In this document: piece after piece, positions 8,515-17,551 of the stretch
Numbering within the stretch: the first letter of the stretch is position 1
Layout of the letters: every line of letters starts with the position of its first letter
NCBI GenBank assembly: GCA_963796055.1
Contig: CAWCKH010000002.1
Location: forward strand, 160,001 to 224,000
DNA length: 64,000 bases
Reading direction: 5' to 3'
Source: an uncultured delta proteobacterium
GTDB taxonomy: Bacteria > Myxococcota > Myxococcia > Myxococcales > Myxococcaceae
Made by a program: the position numbers and the translations under genes
Notes under the pieces: model-generated
What the model was told of the DNA's origin: nothing
Databases searched by the model: none
The model's input: the letters and a program-made list of their open reading frames with translations, nothing else

Positions 8515-9900
8515 ATGTCCTATCTCCGAGACGAGCCCGACTTCGACTTTCGTGTCCTCCTGCGGGGGCCTCGCCACAGCGAGCTGCTCGTGACGGGGCG
8601 GGAGGGCCGCTGGAAGCTGCCTCGCTTCGTCTCCGGCGAGCAGCACACGTCGGAGGTGGTGTTCGTCAACCGGACTGTCCGTCAGAGCCTGGGTCTCGAG
8701 GCGACCGTGCTCCGGTGCCTCTGGACCGACTTCGACGAGCCGCAAAACGTGGTGCGCATGCTCTATGTGCTGGAAGCGCACGGCGTGGGCTGGACACCGA
8801 GTGCCGTCGGCGGGGCCTGGTTGCCCGCCGATGTCTTGGTGCGCGACGGAGCCGAGGATCGCGACGTCGCCGCCGTCGTGGAAGCCTGGGCACGCGAATC
8901 GACGGACCGCCCGGTCATCCCGGACGGCCAGGAGTGGTTCGCTCCAGGCTGGTGGGACCGAATGCTAGGCTGGGCCCGCGAGCGGCTGCACCCCGTCCAC
9001 GTCGGCGCGGCCGAGCAGCTGCGGTCGTCGGAGTCTTCCTGCGTGGTGCGCCTGGAGACCGAGGAGGGAGCCGCCTTCGTGAAGGCAGTGGCGGCGAGCC
9101 TCGCGCGCGAGGTGGCGGTGACGGCCCGGCTGTCCCGCGTCCCCGCCAGCGCGGTCCCCCCGGTCCTCGCGGTGGATGTGCCGCAGCGCTGGATGCTCCT
9201 GCGCGGCGCGGCGGGGCGTCCCCTCGGCGACACCGGGGACCTCGCTGTCTGGGAGCGAGCGGCCGCTGCGTACGGACGCTTCCAGCTCGCTGCGGCCTCG
9301 AGCGTCGACGCGCTCGCCGGGGTGGGCTGCCCCACGTTGACCGCGGGGCAGCTGCAGGAGGACGTCCTCGAGGTCCTTGCCAGCGATGAAGCGATGCAGG
9401 CCGGGAGACCGGGCGGACTGGAGCCCGAGCAGGTGTCGCGTCTCAGGACGTTGAAGCCGCAGCTCCTGGCTGCAACCACCTCGCTCCACTCGAGCGCCCT
9501 GCCGGTCAGCGTCGATCACGAGGATCTCTGGCCCGAGAACGTGTTCTCCGCAGAGGACGGGTGCCAGGTCGTGGACTGGGAGGACGCCCGGATTGCCCAT
9601 CCCTTCCTGAGCCTCTTTCCGCTGCTCGCCGGTGCCCGCATGCAGAACACCTTTGCGGACCATGCCGCCGCGAGCGCCCGCATCCGGGACGCTTATCTGG
9701 AGGGCTTCGCGCGCTTCGCTCCCGCCGAAGCGCTGCGCCAGTTGTTCGGCGCGGCCCATGACCTGGCCGCGGTACGAATGGCCGCGACCTATCTGCGCGC
9801 GTCCCCGGCTATCCAGCGCGCCCATCCCTGGATGCGCGAGATGCCTGCGTTTTGCCTGCGGGCGCTGCTGGAGCGCCGGGACGGTGTGGAGGGCCCGTGA
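8515..9900 (+). CDS. Aminoglycoside-phosphotransferase/choline-kinase-fold protein with degenerate NUDIX-like N-terminus
   Basis: FVKA, HEDLWPEN (HxDxxxxN), VVDWED, AHPF; N-terminal LLV...WKLP. Confidence 0.7.
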   Translation: MSYLRDEPDFDFRVLLRGPRHSELLVTGREGRWKLPRFVSGEQHTSEVVFVNRTVRQSLGLEATVLRCLWTDFDEPQNVVRMLYVLEAHGVGWTPSAVGGAWLPADVLVRDGAEDRDVAAVVEAWARESTDRPVIPDGQEWFAPGWWDRMLGWARERLHPVHVGAAEQLRSSESSCVVRLETEEGAAFVKAVAASLAREVAVTARLSRVPASAVPPVLAVDVPQRWMLLRGAAGRPLGDTGDLAVWERAAAAYGRFQLAAASSVDALAGVGCPTLTAGQLQEDVLEVLASDEAMQAGRPGGLEPEQVSRLRTLKPQLLAATTSLHSSALPVSVDHEDLWPENVFSAEDGCQVVDWEDARIAHPFLSLFPLLAGARMQNTFADHAAASARIRDAYLEGFARFAPAEALRQLFGAAHDLAAVRMAATYLRASPAIQRAHPWMREMPAFCLRALLERRDGVEGP

Positions 9901-10475
9901 TCCAGGCGGGACCGGTGGAGCGCGAGGAGGAGCTGGAGCAGATCCTTTTCCTGCAGCGCGCGAATCTCCCTCGGCAGCTGAGCCCGGAGGAGATCGCGGC
10001 AGAGGGATTCGTCACCGTCGAGCACACGCTCGATCTCCTGAAGCGCATGCACGCAGTCGTTCCGAGCATCGTCGCTCGGGAGGGCGCCAGCCTCGCAGGG
10101 TACGCCCTGGTGATGCCCGTCGAGTGCCGCTCGCTCATCCCCATCCTCGAGCCGATGTTCCAGCGCCTCGATGTGCTGGGGATGACCGGGCAGCGATTCT
10201 ACGTGATGGGGCAGATCTGCGTGGACAAGCGCTGGCGCGGGAAGGGCGTCTTCGATCTTCTCTACCAGGCGCACCGCCGACATCTGCGGGCGAGATTCGA
10301 CTACTCGGTGACCGAGGTCGCGACGCGCAACACCCGCTCCATGCGCGCCCACGAGCGAGTCGGGTTCACCGTGATCGACCGATACCGCGACGCGACCGAC
10401 GAGTGGGCCTTGCTGCGTTGGGACTGGTCCGAGCGCTCGGTATTGGGTGCTCCTGACTGGCCGGAGTTTCGATGA
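9897..10475 (+). CDS. GNAT family N-acetyltransferase
   Basis: GQICVDKRWRGKGV (motif A) and NTRSMRAHERVGF; GTGA overlap with the upstream gene. Confidence 0.85.
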   Translation: MIQAGPVEREEELEQILFLQRANLPRQLSPEEIAAEGFVTVEHTLDLLKRMHAVVPSIVAREGASLAGYALVMPVECRSLIPILEPMFQRLDVLGMTGQRFYVMGQICVDKRWRGKGVFDLLYQAHRRHLRARFDYSVTEVATRNTRSMRAHERVGFTVIDRYRDATDEWALLRWDWSERSVLGAPDWPEFR

Positions 10476-10477
10476 AG

Positions 10478-10906
10478 CTAGTCAGCGCGCTTGCTGCTGG
10501 CTCGCCGGGGCTTCGGCTTGCTCTTGCCCTCGAGATTGAGCGCCACTGCAGCGCGGATGAGATCCTTTAAGGCCGCCTCATCGATCTTATCGCCTTCGCG
10601 GATGTCGATGGCGCGCCTGACATTCGCGTCGAGGCTGGAGTTGAATAGACGGGAAGGGTCCTTCAGCGCAGCTCCCTTGGAAAAGGTCATCTTGACGACG
10701 TCCTTGTAGGTCTCTCCCGTGCAGACGAGGCCGCCGTGGGACCAGACGGGAGTCCCCATCCACTTCCACTCTTCGACGATCTCGGGTTCTGCCTCGTGGA
10801 CGAGCTCACGCACTTTCGCGAGCGTCTTCCCGCGCCAGTCCCCAAGGTCCTTGATCTTCTTGTCGATGAATGCAGACGCAGACTCCACCGGGACGGGCCT
10901 TTTCAT
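10478..10906 (-). CDS. DUF1801 (YdhG-like) protein
   Basis: DWRGKTL, EEWKWMGTPVW, TFSKGAALKDP, RRAIDI; start at 10906 or 10927. Confidence 0.85.
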   Translation of the reverse strand: MKRPVPVESASAFIDKKIKDLGDWRGKTLAKVRELVHEAEPEIVEEWKWMGTPVWSHGGLVCTGETYKDVVKMTFSKGAALKDPSRLFNSSLDANVRRAIDIREGDKIDEAALKDLIRAAVALNLEGKSKPKPRRASSKRAD

Positions 10907-10974
10907 GTGCAGCTCCAAGTCTCGCACCTATCTTGGCTGCTGCGCCCAGGGCAAGGCTCAAGCGGGCAGAGCAG

Positions 10975-11079
10975 CCTCGCGAACCCGCGCTCGAGGAATG
11001 CCTCGCTCGTGAACGCCTCGGCGGGATGCGCGTAGGCGCGGCGCACATCCGCGTCGACGTGGAAAGCGCGCTCGTCCAT
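10975..11079 (-). pseudogene. Possible N-terminal scrap of a Rieske oxygenase alpha subunit (choline-monooxygenase-like)
   Basis: MDERAFHVDADVRRAYAHPAEAFTSEAFLER resembles the Rieske oxygenase N-terminus (LPaxxYtsxxfxerE); no Rieske motif follows. Confidence 0.35.
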
Positions 11080-11195
11080 CACGCCGCGCCGCGCGACGGG
11101 GGAGCGAGCCATCCCGGGAGCGCGGCCGCCTGCCGCACCCACGACGTGAGAGACTCGAACAACGTGGTCATCCTTGGGCCTGGCGTGCTCGACGG

Positions 11196-11636
11196 TCAGA
11201 CGCTCGCCGGCGTGGCCTGCAGGCGGCGCCAGGAGAAGTACGAGAGCCCCCAGAGTACGCCGGCACCGGCCGCCCAGCCCCACGCCTCCGGGCCATCCCC
11301 GACCGAGAGGTGCGCGGTGAGCGCCGAGGCGAGGTCGATGGCGAAGCCGGCGTAAGCCCATTCCCTGAGCCGCGCAGGCACCGGCGCAAGCAGCAGCGCC
11401 ACGCCGAAGAGCTTGGCCCACGAGAGCTCCACCCGGAAGTAGGCGGGGAAGCCGAGGTGGGTGAACGCCTCCGCCACCTGCGGTAGGCGCAGTTCCGCGT
11501 ACGCGGTGAAGCTCATGTGCAGGCAGAAGACCGCGGTGACGATCCAATAAACGATGGTCTCGGCTTTGGGGGTGGTCCTGGCGGCGACAAGGGCCGGCTT
11601 CTGCAGGGTCGATTCCACGGGGTTTCTTCCTTTCAC
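11196..11636 (-). CDS. DoxX-like family membrane protein
   Basis: YWIVT, FTHLGFPAYFRVELSWAK, LREWAYAGF, AHLSVGD. Confidence 0.85.
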   Translation of the reverse strand: MKGRNPVESTLQKPALVAARTTPKAETIVYWIVTAVFCLHMSFTAYAELRLPQVAEAFTHLGFPAYFRVELSWAKLFGVALLLAPVPARLREWAYAGFAIDLASALTAHLSVGDGPEAWGWAAGAGVLWGLSYFSWRRLQATPASV

Positions 11637-11663
11637 GCTTCAACGCTTCGGGGCGTTGGGCGG

Positions 11664-12209
11664 TCAACCGGGGGTTTCAACACCGAACTGCCTTGCGTAC
11701 TCGGCGACCAATCGCTGCCAGCCGCCGAACTTCATCGCGTCGCCGCCGACGATGCGTCCAATCGAGTCGCCCGCGAGGAACCGCTCGAGGACGTCGAAGC
11801 AGATGTGCCAGCCCGCGGCGCCCCACGAGATGAAGCCGCAATCGATGTTGTGCCGGAGCGTGAGCCGAGTGCCGCCGACTCCCAGCGGCTCCAGTTCCCA
11901 CCGGATGTCCTGTCCCCCCCAGCTGTACTCGAGCAGCCGAGGCGCCTCGGCCCGCCTCACGGTGCTCTCGGAGACCTGCGGCGTCGGCATCCCGACCGTG
12001 GAGAGCTTCACCGGCCCCACGGAGGCCAGGTTCCGATCGGCGTCGAACGGGGCCCATTCGGACAGGTGCGCAGGATCGGTCAGCGCCTGCCACACCTTCG
12101 CCGCGGGATGACGGAGCTCTCGGACGAGGATGAGCGTCCACCTCTCGCCTTGCTTCTGGACCTCGGCTCCGGCAGCGGGGCCGGGCACGTACTTTTCACG
12201 GTTGTTCAT
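11664..12209 (-). CDS. SRPBCC/AHSA1 ligand-binding domain protein
   Basis: RELRHPAAKVWQALTDPAHLSEW, PRLLEYSW, GTRLTLRH, AGWHICFD. Confidence 0.9.
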   Translation of the reverse strand: MNNREKYVPGPAAGAEVQKQGERWTLILVRELRHPAAKVWQALTDPAHLSEWAPFDADRNLASVGPVKLSTVGMPTPQVSESTVRRAEAPRLLEYSWGGQDIRWELEPLGVGGTRLTLRHNIDCGFISWGAAGWHICFDVLERFLAGDSIGRIVGGDAMKFGGWQRLVAEYARQFGVETPG

Positions 12210-12538
12210 CGGTTCCTTCCTTTCCTAGGTGCCTGCTCCATGCGATCGAGATGACGTTCGAGCGCATCCACGTGGGCCGTCCAGAAGCGCCGGAAAGGAG
12301 CGAGCCAGGCGTCGACCTCCATGAGCGGCTCGGGCCGGATCCGATAGACGCGCCGCTGGGCCTCGACGCGCGACTCCACGAAGCCTGCCTCGCGCAGCAC
12401 GCGGAGGTGCTTGGACACCGAAGTTTGAGGCATCCGCAGCCGGCGCTCGATCTCGCCGACGGATCGTTCCGACGACACCAGCATGCTGAGAATGGCCCGG
12501 CGGTTCGGCTCCGCGATGATCGCGAACGATGATTCCAC
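12206..12538 (-). CDS. ArsR/SmtB family transcriptional regulator
   Basis: FAIIAEPNRRAIL, VSKHLRVLREAGFV, QRRVYR; GTG start at 12538; 4-bp overlap with the SRPBCC gene. Confidence 0.9.
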   Translation of the reverse strand: MESSFAIIAEPNRRAILSMLVSSERSVGEIERRLRMPQTSVSKHLRVLREAGFVESRVEAQRRVYRIRPEPLMEVDAWLAPFRRFWTAHVDALERHLDRMEQAPRKGRNR

Positions 12539-12561
12539 GACGCCTATGTACTCACCCGCGC

Positions 12562-12581
12562 ATATGCCTGTCGCGGCATAT
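12562..12581. promoter_or_regulatory. Candidate ArsR operator (7-6-7 inverted repeat)
   Basis: ATATGCC-tgtcgc-GGCATAT, 24 bp upstream of the ArsR start. Confidence 0.55.
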
Positions 12582-12942
12582 TCTGGGATAGTGGCGCCGG
12601 TGCGGAGCTTCGAGAGGAACGCACGCTTGCCTGCCGGTCCATCAAGACGGGCACGGGAGCATGAGACCAAGGCCCCCTCGATCCAGGTCTGGCGAAACGC
12701 GAGGTCGGATCCGTGCCCTACGCCATCGTTCTGCCGCTGGGGGCCAGCGGCCTCCGCCTGGCCGCGACCTCAACGAGCACCAGGCTCTCCGGGACCGCTA
12801 CCGCTGGCTGGTCAAGCAGCTCGGGTTGAAGTCCGGTCTGACGCCGTGAAGGAGGCGCGGCCTCGTCCGGCCAGGACCGCCTGAAGCAGCGTGGGCGCGA
12901 GCGGGGGTTTGCGCTGATCCTGGAGCCCCAGGGGTTGAGTTC

Positions 12943-13250
12943 CTAGCGTACCTGCACCTGGCCGTCCGTCATCGGGACGAGCTGCAGCGGCGGCGCGGCC
13001 GTGCAAGGCGTCGCGTTGCCGATGAAGGAGAAACTGATGGCGTCGGGCGGGTCGTTCGCCGAGTCGCCGTTGTCCTGCACACGTGTGATCACCGGCAGGC
13101 CGGAGAGATCTACGCCGTTGAAGGTGCCCTGCTTGATGATGCCGCTGATCCAGGCCTGGTTGCCGGCGACGAACACGCAGTTCACCTCGACGTGGATGCC
13201 GCCGTCACCCTGGCCAAACTGATCGGTCCACTGGCCGGAGGCGTGGCCGT
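12943..13250 (-). pseudogene. 3' remnant of a secreted-type hypothetical protein
   Basis: Protein-like C-terminal ~100 aa (GIHVEVNCVFVAGNQAWISG..RVQDNG..PPDAIS); the upstream part of this frame is the antisense of other genes. Confidence 0.5.
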
Positions 13251-13578
13251 CGGTGACGTCATCTACAACCGTGTGCACCTCTACCTGTCCGAGTCGGACT
13301 CGGCCGGGCGTCGGGAATGGCTGCAAGCCATCGAGAAGGTGGCAGCGATGAGGCCGACTGCGGTCGTCGCTGGCCACAAGCGTCCCGGAATGACGGACGA
13401 CCCGCGGATCATCGGGGAGACCGCGCAATACATCCGCGATTTCGACCGGCTGGCCGAGAAGGCGACCGATGCCCGTCAGCTCTGGGACCGCATGAGGGAG
13501 CTCCACCCGAACCGGATGAATCCAGCCGCGCTCTGGAACTCCTGCATGGAGTTCCGGCGGCGGCCACAGCGAGCATGA
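13235..13578 (+). pseudogene. 3' remnant of MBL-fold metallo-hydrolase
   Basis: GDVIYNRVHLYL, EWLQAIE, VVAGHK, ETAQYIRDF; the N-terminal HxHxDH region is absent. Confidence 0.7.
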
Positions 13579-13639
13579 CCTCGCCCGGCCAAGCTCGCCC
13601 CGGGCTCCGAACTCCCCGCCTGCGCCTTCACGCTCGCCA

Positions 13640-13842
13640 GCTGCCACCTCGAGGGGAACACGTTGAGCTTCCGAGACCTGGCCGCGACCCTGAAGGCCTG
13701 TCGAAAGGGAATGGAGCAAGAGACCCGTTTCCTCGAGACCTTGGACAAGGTGCAGGCATACCGCATCGACAGCAGCCGTCTGGAGTTGCTTGACGCTGTC
13801 GGGGCAGTGCTCGCTCGCTTCGAGGCGGTGGACCTGCGCTGA
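13640..13842 (+). pseudogene. 3' remnant of META (HslJ-like) domain
   Basis: Translated by hand: LEGNTLSFRDLAATLKACRKGMEQETRFLETLDKVQAYRIDSSRLELLDAVGAVLARFEAVDLR*; N-terminal half absent. Confidence 0.7.
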
Positions 13843-14024
13843 GATGCGGGTGGCGCGGTAAAGCTTGCTGGCTCGGTCGGATGCTCCGGGGGGGAGCATC
13901 GAACAGCCCAGCGCGCTGGCTGCCAGGAGAGCGAGAGCGCATTTGATTGCTACGAATGAGGTGCACCTGGTTCGGAGCAACGAAGGAAGTGCTATCGCGC
14001 CTCGGATTGGACAGGAGGTTACGT

Positions 14025-14543
14025 ATGGGATTGTCAGACGCGTTGGGGCAGCTGTTGCAAAAGGTATCCGGAGGGTCGACATCCGAAACTGAGGTCCACT
14101 CCGCCTACGACCAGGTCGCCGGTACCGTCCCAGCGGGGACGCTCGCCGCTGGCCTCGCGCACGTCTTCAACTCGGACCAAACGCCGCCGTTCGAGCAGAT
14201 GCTGGGCGGGCTGTTCGAGCAGTCCGCGCCGGACCAGAAAGCGGGGCTACTCAACCAGATGATTGGTGCACTCGGACCCGGTGCGGCTCAGACGCTGGGC
14301 GGGACCGGCGCTCTGGCCGGCCTGGCCGGATTGCTCAAAGGCGGTGCGGCGGTGACCCCGCAGCAGGCGCAGGACGTCTCGCCCGAGCAGCTGCAGGTCC
14401 TGGCGAAGCAGGCCAGCCAGAAGAATCCCTCGATCGTGGACGCCGCGGCCGGTTTCTACGCACAGCACCCGCAGCTGGTGAAGGCCGTCGGAGCGGGGGC
14501 GTTGGCGCTACTCATGTCTCACATCTCGTCCAGCCGGAAGTGA
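14025..14543 (+). CDS. Conserved hypothetical protein (DUF937/YidB-like)
   Basis: AGGAGG RBS; motifs DQTPPFEQM, QKAGLLN, GFYAQHPQLVK. Confidence 0.65.
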   Translation: MGLSDALGQLLQKVSGGSTSETEVHSAYDQVAGTVPAGTLAAGLAHVFNSDQTPPFEQMLGGLFEQSAPDQKAGLLNQMIGALGPGAAQTLGGTGALAGLAGLLKGGAAVTPQQAQDVSPEQLQVLAKQASQKNPSIVDAAAGFYAQHPQLVKAVGAGALALLMSHISSSRK

Positions 14544-14546
14544 CGC

Positions 14547-14804
14547 ATGGGCTTCATCGCCTGGATCGTCGTGGGGTTGATCGCCGGGTGGGCCACCGGA
14601 AAGATCATGGGCGGCCCAGCTCACGGCGCGCTGATGGACATCATCATCGGGCTCCTCGGGGCGCTGGCTGGCGGCTTCATCATGAGCCTGGTCGGTTTCC
14701 GGGCCGAGGGCGGCATCATCTACACGACGCTGGTGGCCATCGCCGGAGCCGTCGTCCTGACATGGCTTTACCGGAAGGTCGCCCGCTCACGCGCCCCGGG
14801 CTGA
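14547..14804 (+). CDS. GlsB/YeaQ/YmgE (transglycosylase-associated) membrane protein
   Basis: MGFIAWIVVGLIAGWA, DIIIGLLGALAGG, AIAGAVVL. Confidence 0.9.
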   Translation: MGFIAWIVVGLIAGWATGKIMGGPAHGALMDIIIGLLGALAGGFIMSLVGFRAEGGIIYTTLVAIAGAVVLTWLYRKVARSRAPG

Positions 14805-14819
14805 CTCCGAGCCCGGAGC

Positions 14820-14868
14820 AAAAAAACGGGGCGCCGTGGGGAGGGGAGTGTGAACCCACGGCGCCCCG
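14820..14868 (-). terminator. Rho-independent terminator between convergent genes
   Basis: Perfect 14-bp stem CGGGGCGCCGTGGG / CCCACGGCGCCCCG followed by U7 on the minus strand. Confidence 0.75.
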
Positions 14869-14905
14869 CTGGCCTGCAGGATTGCAGGCCATCGTTAGCC
14901 AGACC

Positions 14906-15703
14906 TCAGCGGTCGCCGAGAACGTCGATCTCCGTGGTGTTGGGCCCCGTGATGGTGCCCCTCGTCGTGACGATGCGCCGGGTGATCGTGTGGTGGCCGG
15001 GAGCGAGCGGCTTGAAGAGGATGAAGTACGAGTCGATGGCGGCGGGCTGGAACATCCCGGTGATGCAGGAGTCGACGGTGCTTTGCAGGCTCAGGTCTCC
15101 CTTGAAGAACATCAGGTCGTGCGATGCGAAGTGGTACGGGAGAATGTCGTTCAACGGCTGGCCATCGAGCGTGACATCGATCTCCGCGATGTCTCCGTTC
15201 CCGGCAACGGCACCGGCCAGGAGGAAGTCGAACAGGCTCTGGCCCGGCGCAGGTTGGAAGGTCGGGTCAGGGCACGGATAGTCGTTCAGGACGCTCGACA
15301 GGGTGACCCCCACCGCCTTGCCATGCTCGACGGTGCAGGAGCGGCTGAGGTTCGTGCTCCCGACGGGAAGGGGAGGAACGAAGAACACCGGCCCACCCTG
15401 ACCGACGCTGCAATCCGAGGTCGGCGAGAGAAAGGGATTCTGGGCAGCGGGGATCGCCAGCACATATCGCCAGAAGTTCTCTGCCCACGTCTCCATGCTG
15501 GAGCCGAAGGGATGAGACTGCGCTGGGAACAGGGCCGGGTTCGGATTGCCCCCACGAGTCTCGGGCTCCGCGGCCTCCGAGCTGGTGCGCGACGTCTCTG
15601 CCTCGACTCGGTGACCAGCCAGCAGGAGCAACCCGAGGACTCCGACGAACGCCGCTCCGAGCGGAGTCCTGACCAACTTCCACATCACGTTCAGCTTCGC
15701 CAT
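14906..15703 (-). CDS. Secreted hypothetical protein
   Basis: GGAGG RBS; signal peptide; motifs WAENFWRY, DCSVGQGGPVFF, SRSCTV, KPLAPGHHTI. Confidence 0.75.
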   Translation of the reverse strand: MAKLNVMWKLVRTPLGAAFVGVLGLLLLAGHRVEAETSRTSSEAAEPETRGGNPNPALFPAQSHPFGSSMETWAENFWRYVLAIPAAQNPFLSPTSDCSVGQGGPVFFVPPLPVGSTNLSRSCTVEHGKAVGVTLSSVLNDYPCPDPTFQPAPGQSLFDFLLAGAVAGNGDIAEIDVTLDGQPLNDILPYHFASHDLMFFKGDLSLQSTVDSCITGMFQPAAIDSYFILFKPLAPGHHTITRRIVTTRGTITGPNTTEIDVLGDR

Positions 15704-15925
15704 TGTGCCACCTCCGGTGACACCGTACGGCCACGGCGACTGGCAGAAGTGACAAAGGAGGTCTAATTCCTGCCAATCATCCGGAGGGTCAGGAAACGGG
15801 GGAACCGACGGCGGGACGGACCGTCGCGCAGCGATCGAGGCCCTCCGGACGACGCTCCGACTCCTCGAGATTAAGCAGCCCCGGCCAGGAGCACGCCTTC
15901 TTCACCTTGGTGAGCATCGATTCCT

Positions 15926-17551
15926 TCAAATGCCCTGGACCTCCACGATGCGCCAGGGGCCGTTCGCGATGCGCTGAAGGACGCGGCGACGGTGAACGGT
16001 GAAGTGGTTGAAGGAGCGGTACTCGTCGTCGAAGCGGCCGAAGATGTCGAGGTAGGCGACGACCTGGTCCACCGAAGGCACGCCCACCTTCGCGTCTGCG
16101 TCGAACAGTCGCCGCACGGCGCTCACCCGATCGACGCGCACGTCATACACGTCTTTCATGATCACCCGACGCGCCGCCTCCCAAGCAGAATTCCACTCTC
16201 CCGTGCTTGGAATGCGCAGCGGCAAGAAGCTCGGGCGACCCCCGTCGTAGAGACCGGCTTCCCACGTCGCAAAGACGTCCCGAAACGCCTTCTCGTCGGC
16301 CCGCTTGATGGCCGCCACCATGAAGTCGAGGACTTCCGTAGGCGATGCGTCGTCCTTCAGGGCGCTCGCACCGATGGCGGTCATCTCCGATTCGGCGGCG
16401 AAAACCGGCTCGGCTTTCCGCAGGTCGACGAAGAATTCTCCATCCTCGCCGGCGCGCCCCGCAACCAGCTTCACCTGGTGCGCGGTCAGCGGCCGGTCGC
16501 GGAAAGTGATCATGGCGGGCATGGGCAGAATCTCCGCCATGAACTGGTAGCGCTCGCGGGTGCCCGGCTGCACGAGCGTCCCGAACCGGAACAGCGTCCG
16601 ATAGAAGGCGAGATACTCCGGCGACTCAGAGAGCCGCACGACATACGCGCCGTCGGACCCTCCGTCTGCGACCGCCCAGGTTTGACCCAGGTCGTTGACC
16701 ATGGTCGAAGGCGTGATCGATGGCAGCTCGACCCACCGGCCCGAAACCTCTGCCCGGGCGTGGATGTCCGGCGCCGGGAAAGTTGGGACCAGTTTCTCGG
16801 CACCTTCCTTCTTGAGCGCTTCCCACGCCTCCGCCGAGGCCTGCTTCGCTCTCTCCAGGCGTTTGGCGCCGAGCTCGCGGTAACTGAGGTCGACCGTGTC
16901 GAGCTTCTTCCCTCGCAAGGACTCGACCGTGCGCTGCCAATCGCCGTAGGTGCGCTCCGCGAAGTCCCCCGGATACTTCTTTCGAAGCATCTCGATGCGT
17001 TCGCCCTGACTCAGCATCTCCACGAGCTCGCTTCGCGTGTTGAGCGTGGCTCGCTCCCAGGAGCCGTCCAGGATCTGCGTCATCTTCCAGACGAGCTTCT
17101 CGTACCAGATGCTCCATGTGCCCGAGAAGCCGTCGCTCTCCAGCGTCGCCGGTCCACCCGGCGCCAGCGCGGATTTTCCTTCGGCGTCCTGATAGACCAG
17201 CTCGGGGACGAGCTTGGCCTCGATCTCGACCTCGCCGTCAGGGCGCCAGATCTTGAATCGCAACGCATCGCCGGCCTTGGCCCCACGCTTCTCCCACTCG
17301 TAGGACTCGCCCGGCTGGCCAGGAAGGCCCTGGAACTTGTTCGGCGCCATCCGTGGCTCCAGCGCCTCACCGTTCACGTGAGTGATGCGGTCGCCAATGC
17401 GAAGCCCCGTCGCCCTGAACGGTGACGACCACGCGATCCAGTTGACCGAGAGCCCCCTGGGCGCTTCTCCCCGCTCGAGCTCGGCGGTGGTGGAGAGGCC
17501 CGAGATGACCGAGCCCGTGTCGTGCGAGAGCGGCAACGCTGCGGGGCTCAT
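15926..17551 (-). CDS. Hypothetical protein with N-terminal PDZ-like domain
   Basis: GLSVNWIAWSSPFRATGLRIGDRITHVNGE...AKAGDALRFKIWR matches the PDZ pattern; 541-aa ORF; ATGA coupling with the upstream gene. Confidence 0.7.
   Translation of the reverse strand: MSPAALPLSHDTGSVISGLSTTAELERGEAPRGLSVNWIAWSSPFRATGLRIGDRITHVNGEALEPRMAPNKFQGLPGQPGESYEWEKRGAKAGDALRFKIWRPDGEVEIEAKLVPELVYQDAEGKSALAPGGPATLESDGFSGTWSIWYEKLVWKMTQILDGSWERATLNTRSELVEMLSQGERIEMLRKKYPGDFAERTYGDWQRTVESLRGKKLDTVDLSYRELGAKRLERAKQASAEAWEALKKEGAEKLVPTFPAPDIHARAEVSGRWVELPSITPSTMVNDLGQTWAVADGGSDGAYVVRLSESPEYLAFYRTLFRFGTLVQPGTRERYQFMAEILPMPAMITFRDRPLTAHQVKLVAGRAGEDGEFFVDLRKAEPVFAAESEMTAIGASALKDDASPTEVLDFMVAAIKRADEKAFRDVFATWEAGLYDGGRPSFLPLRIPSTGEWNSAWEAARRVIMKDVYDVRVDRVSAVRRLFDADAKVGVPSVDQVVAYLDIFGRFDDEYRSFNHFTVHRRRVLQRIANGPWRIVEVQGI

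Noticed and set aside
12661..12849. Ribosomal protein S15-like tail (DRYRWLVKQLGLK)
   Set aside because: Match is too short and the upstream sequence does not resemble S15
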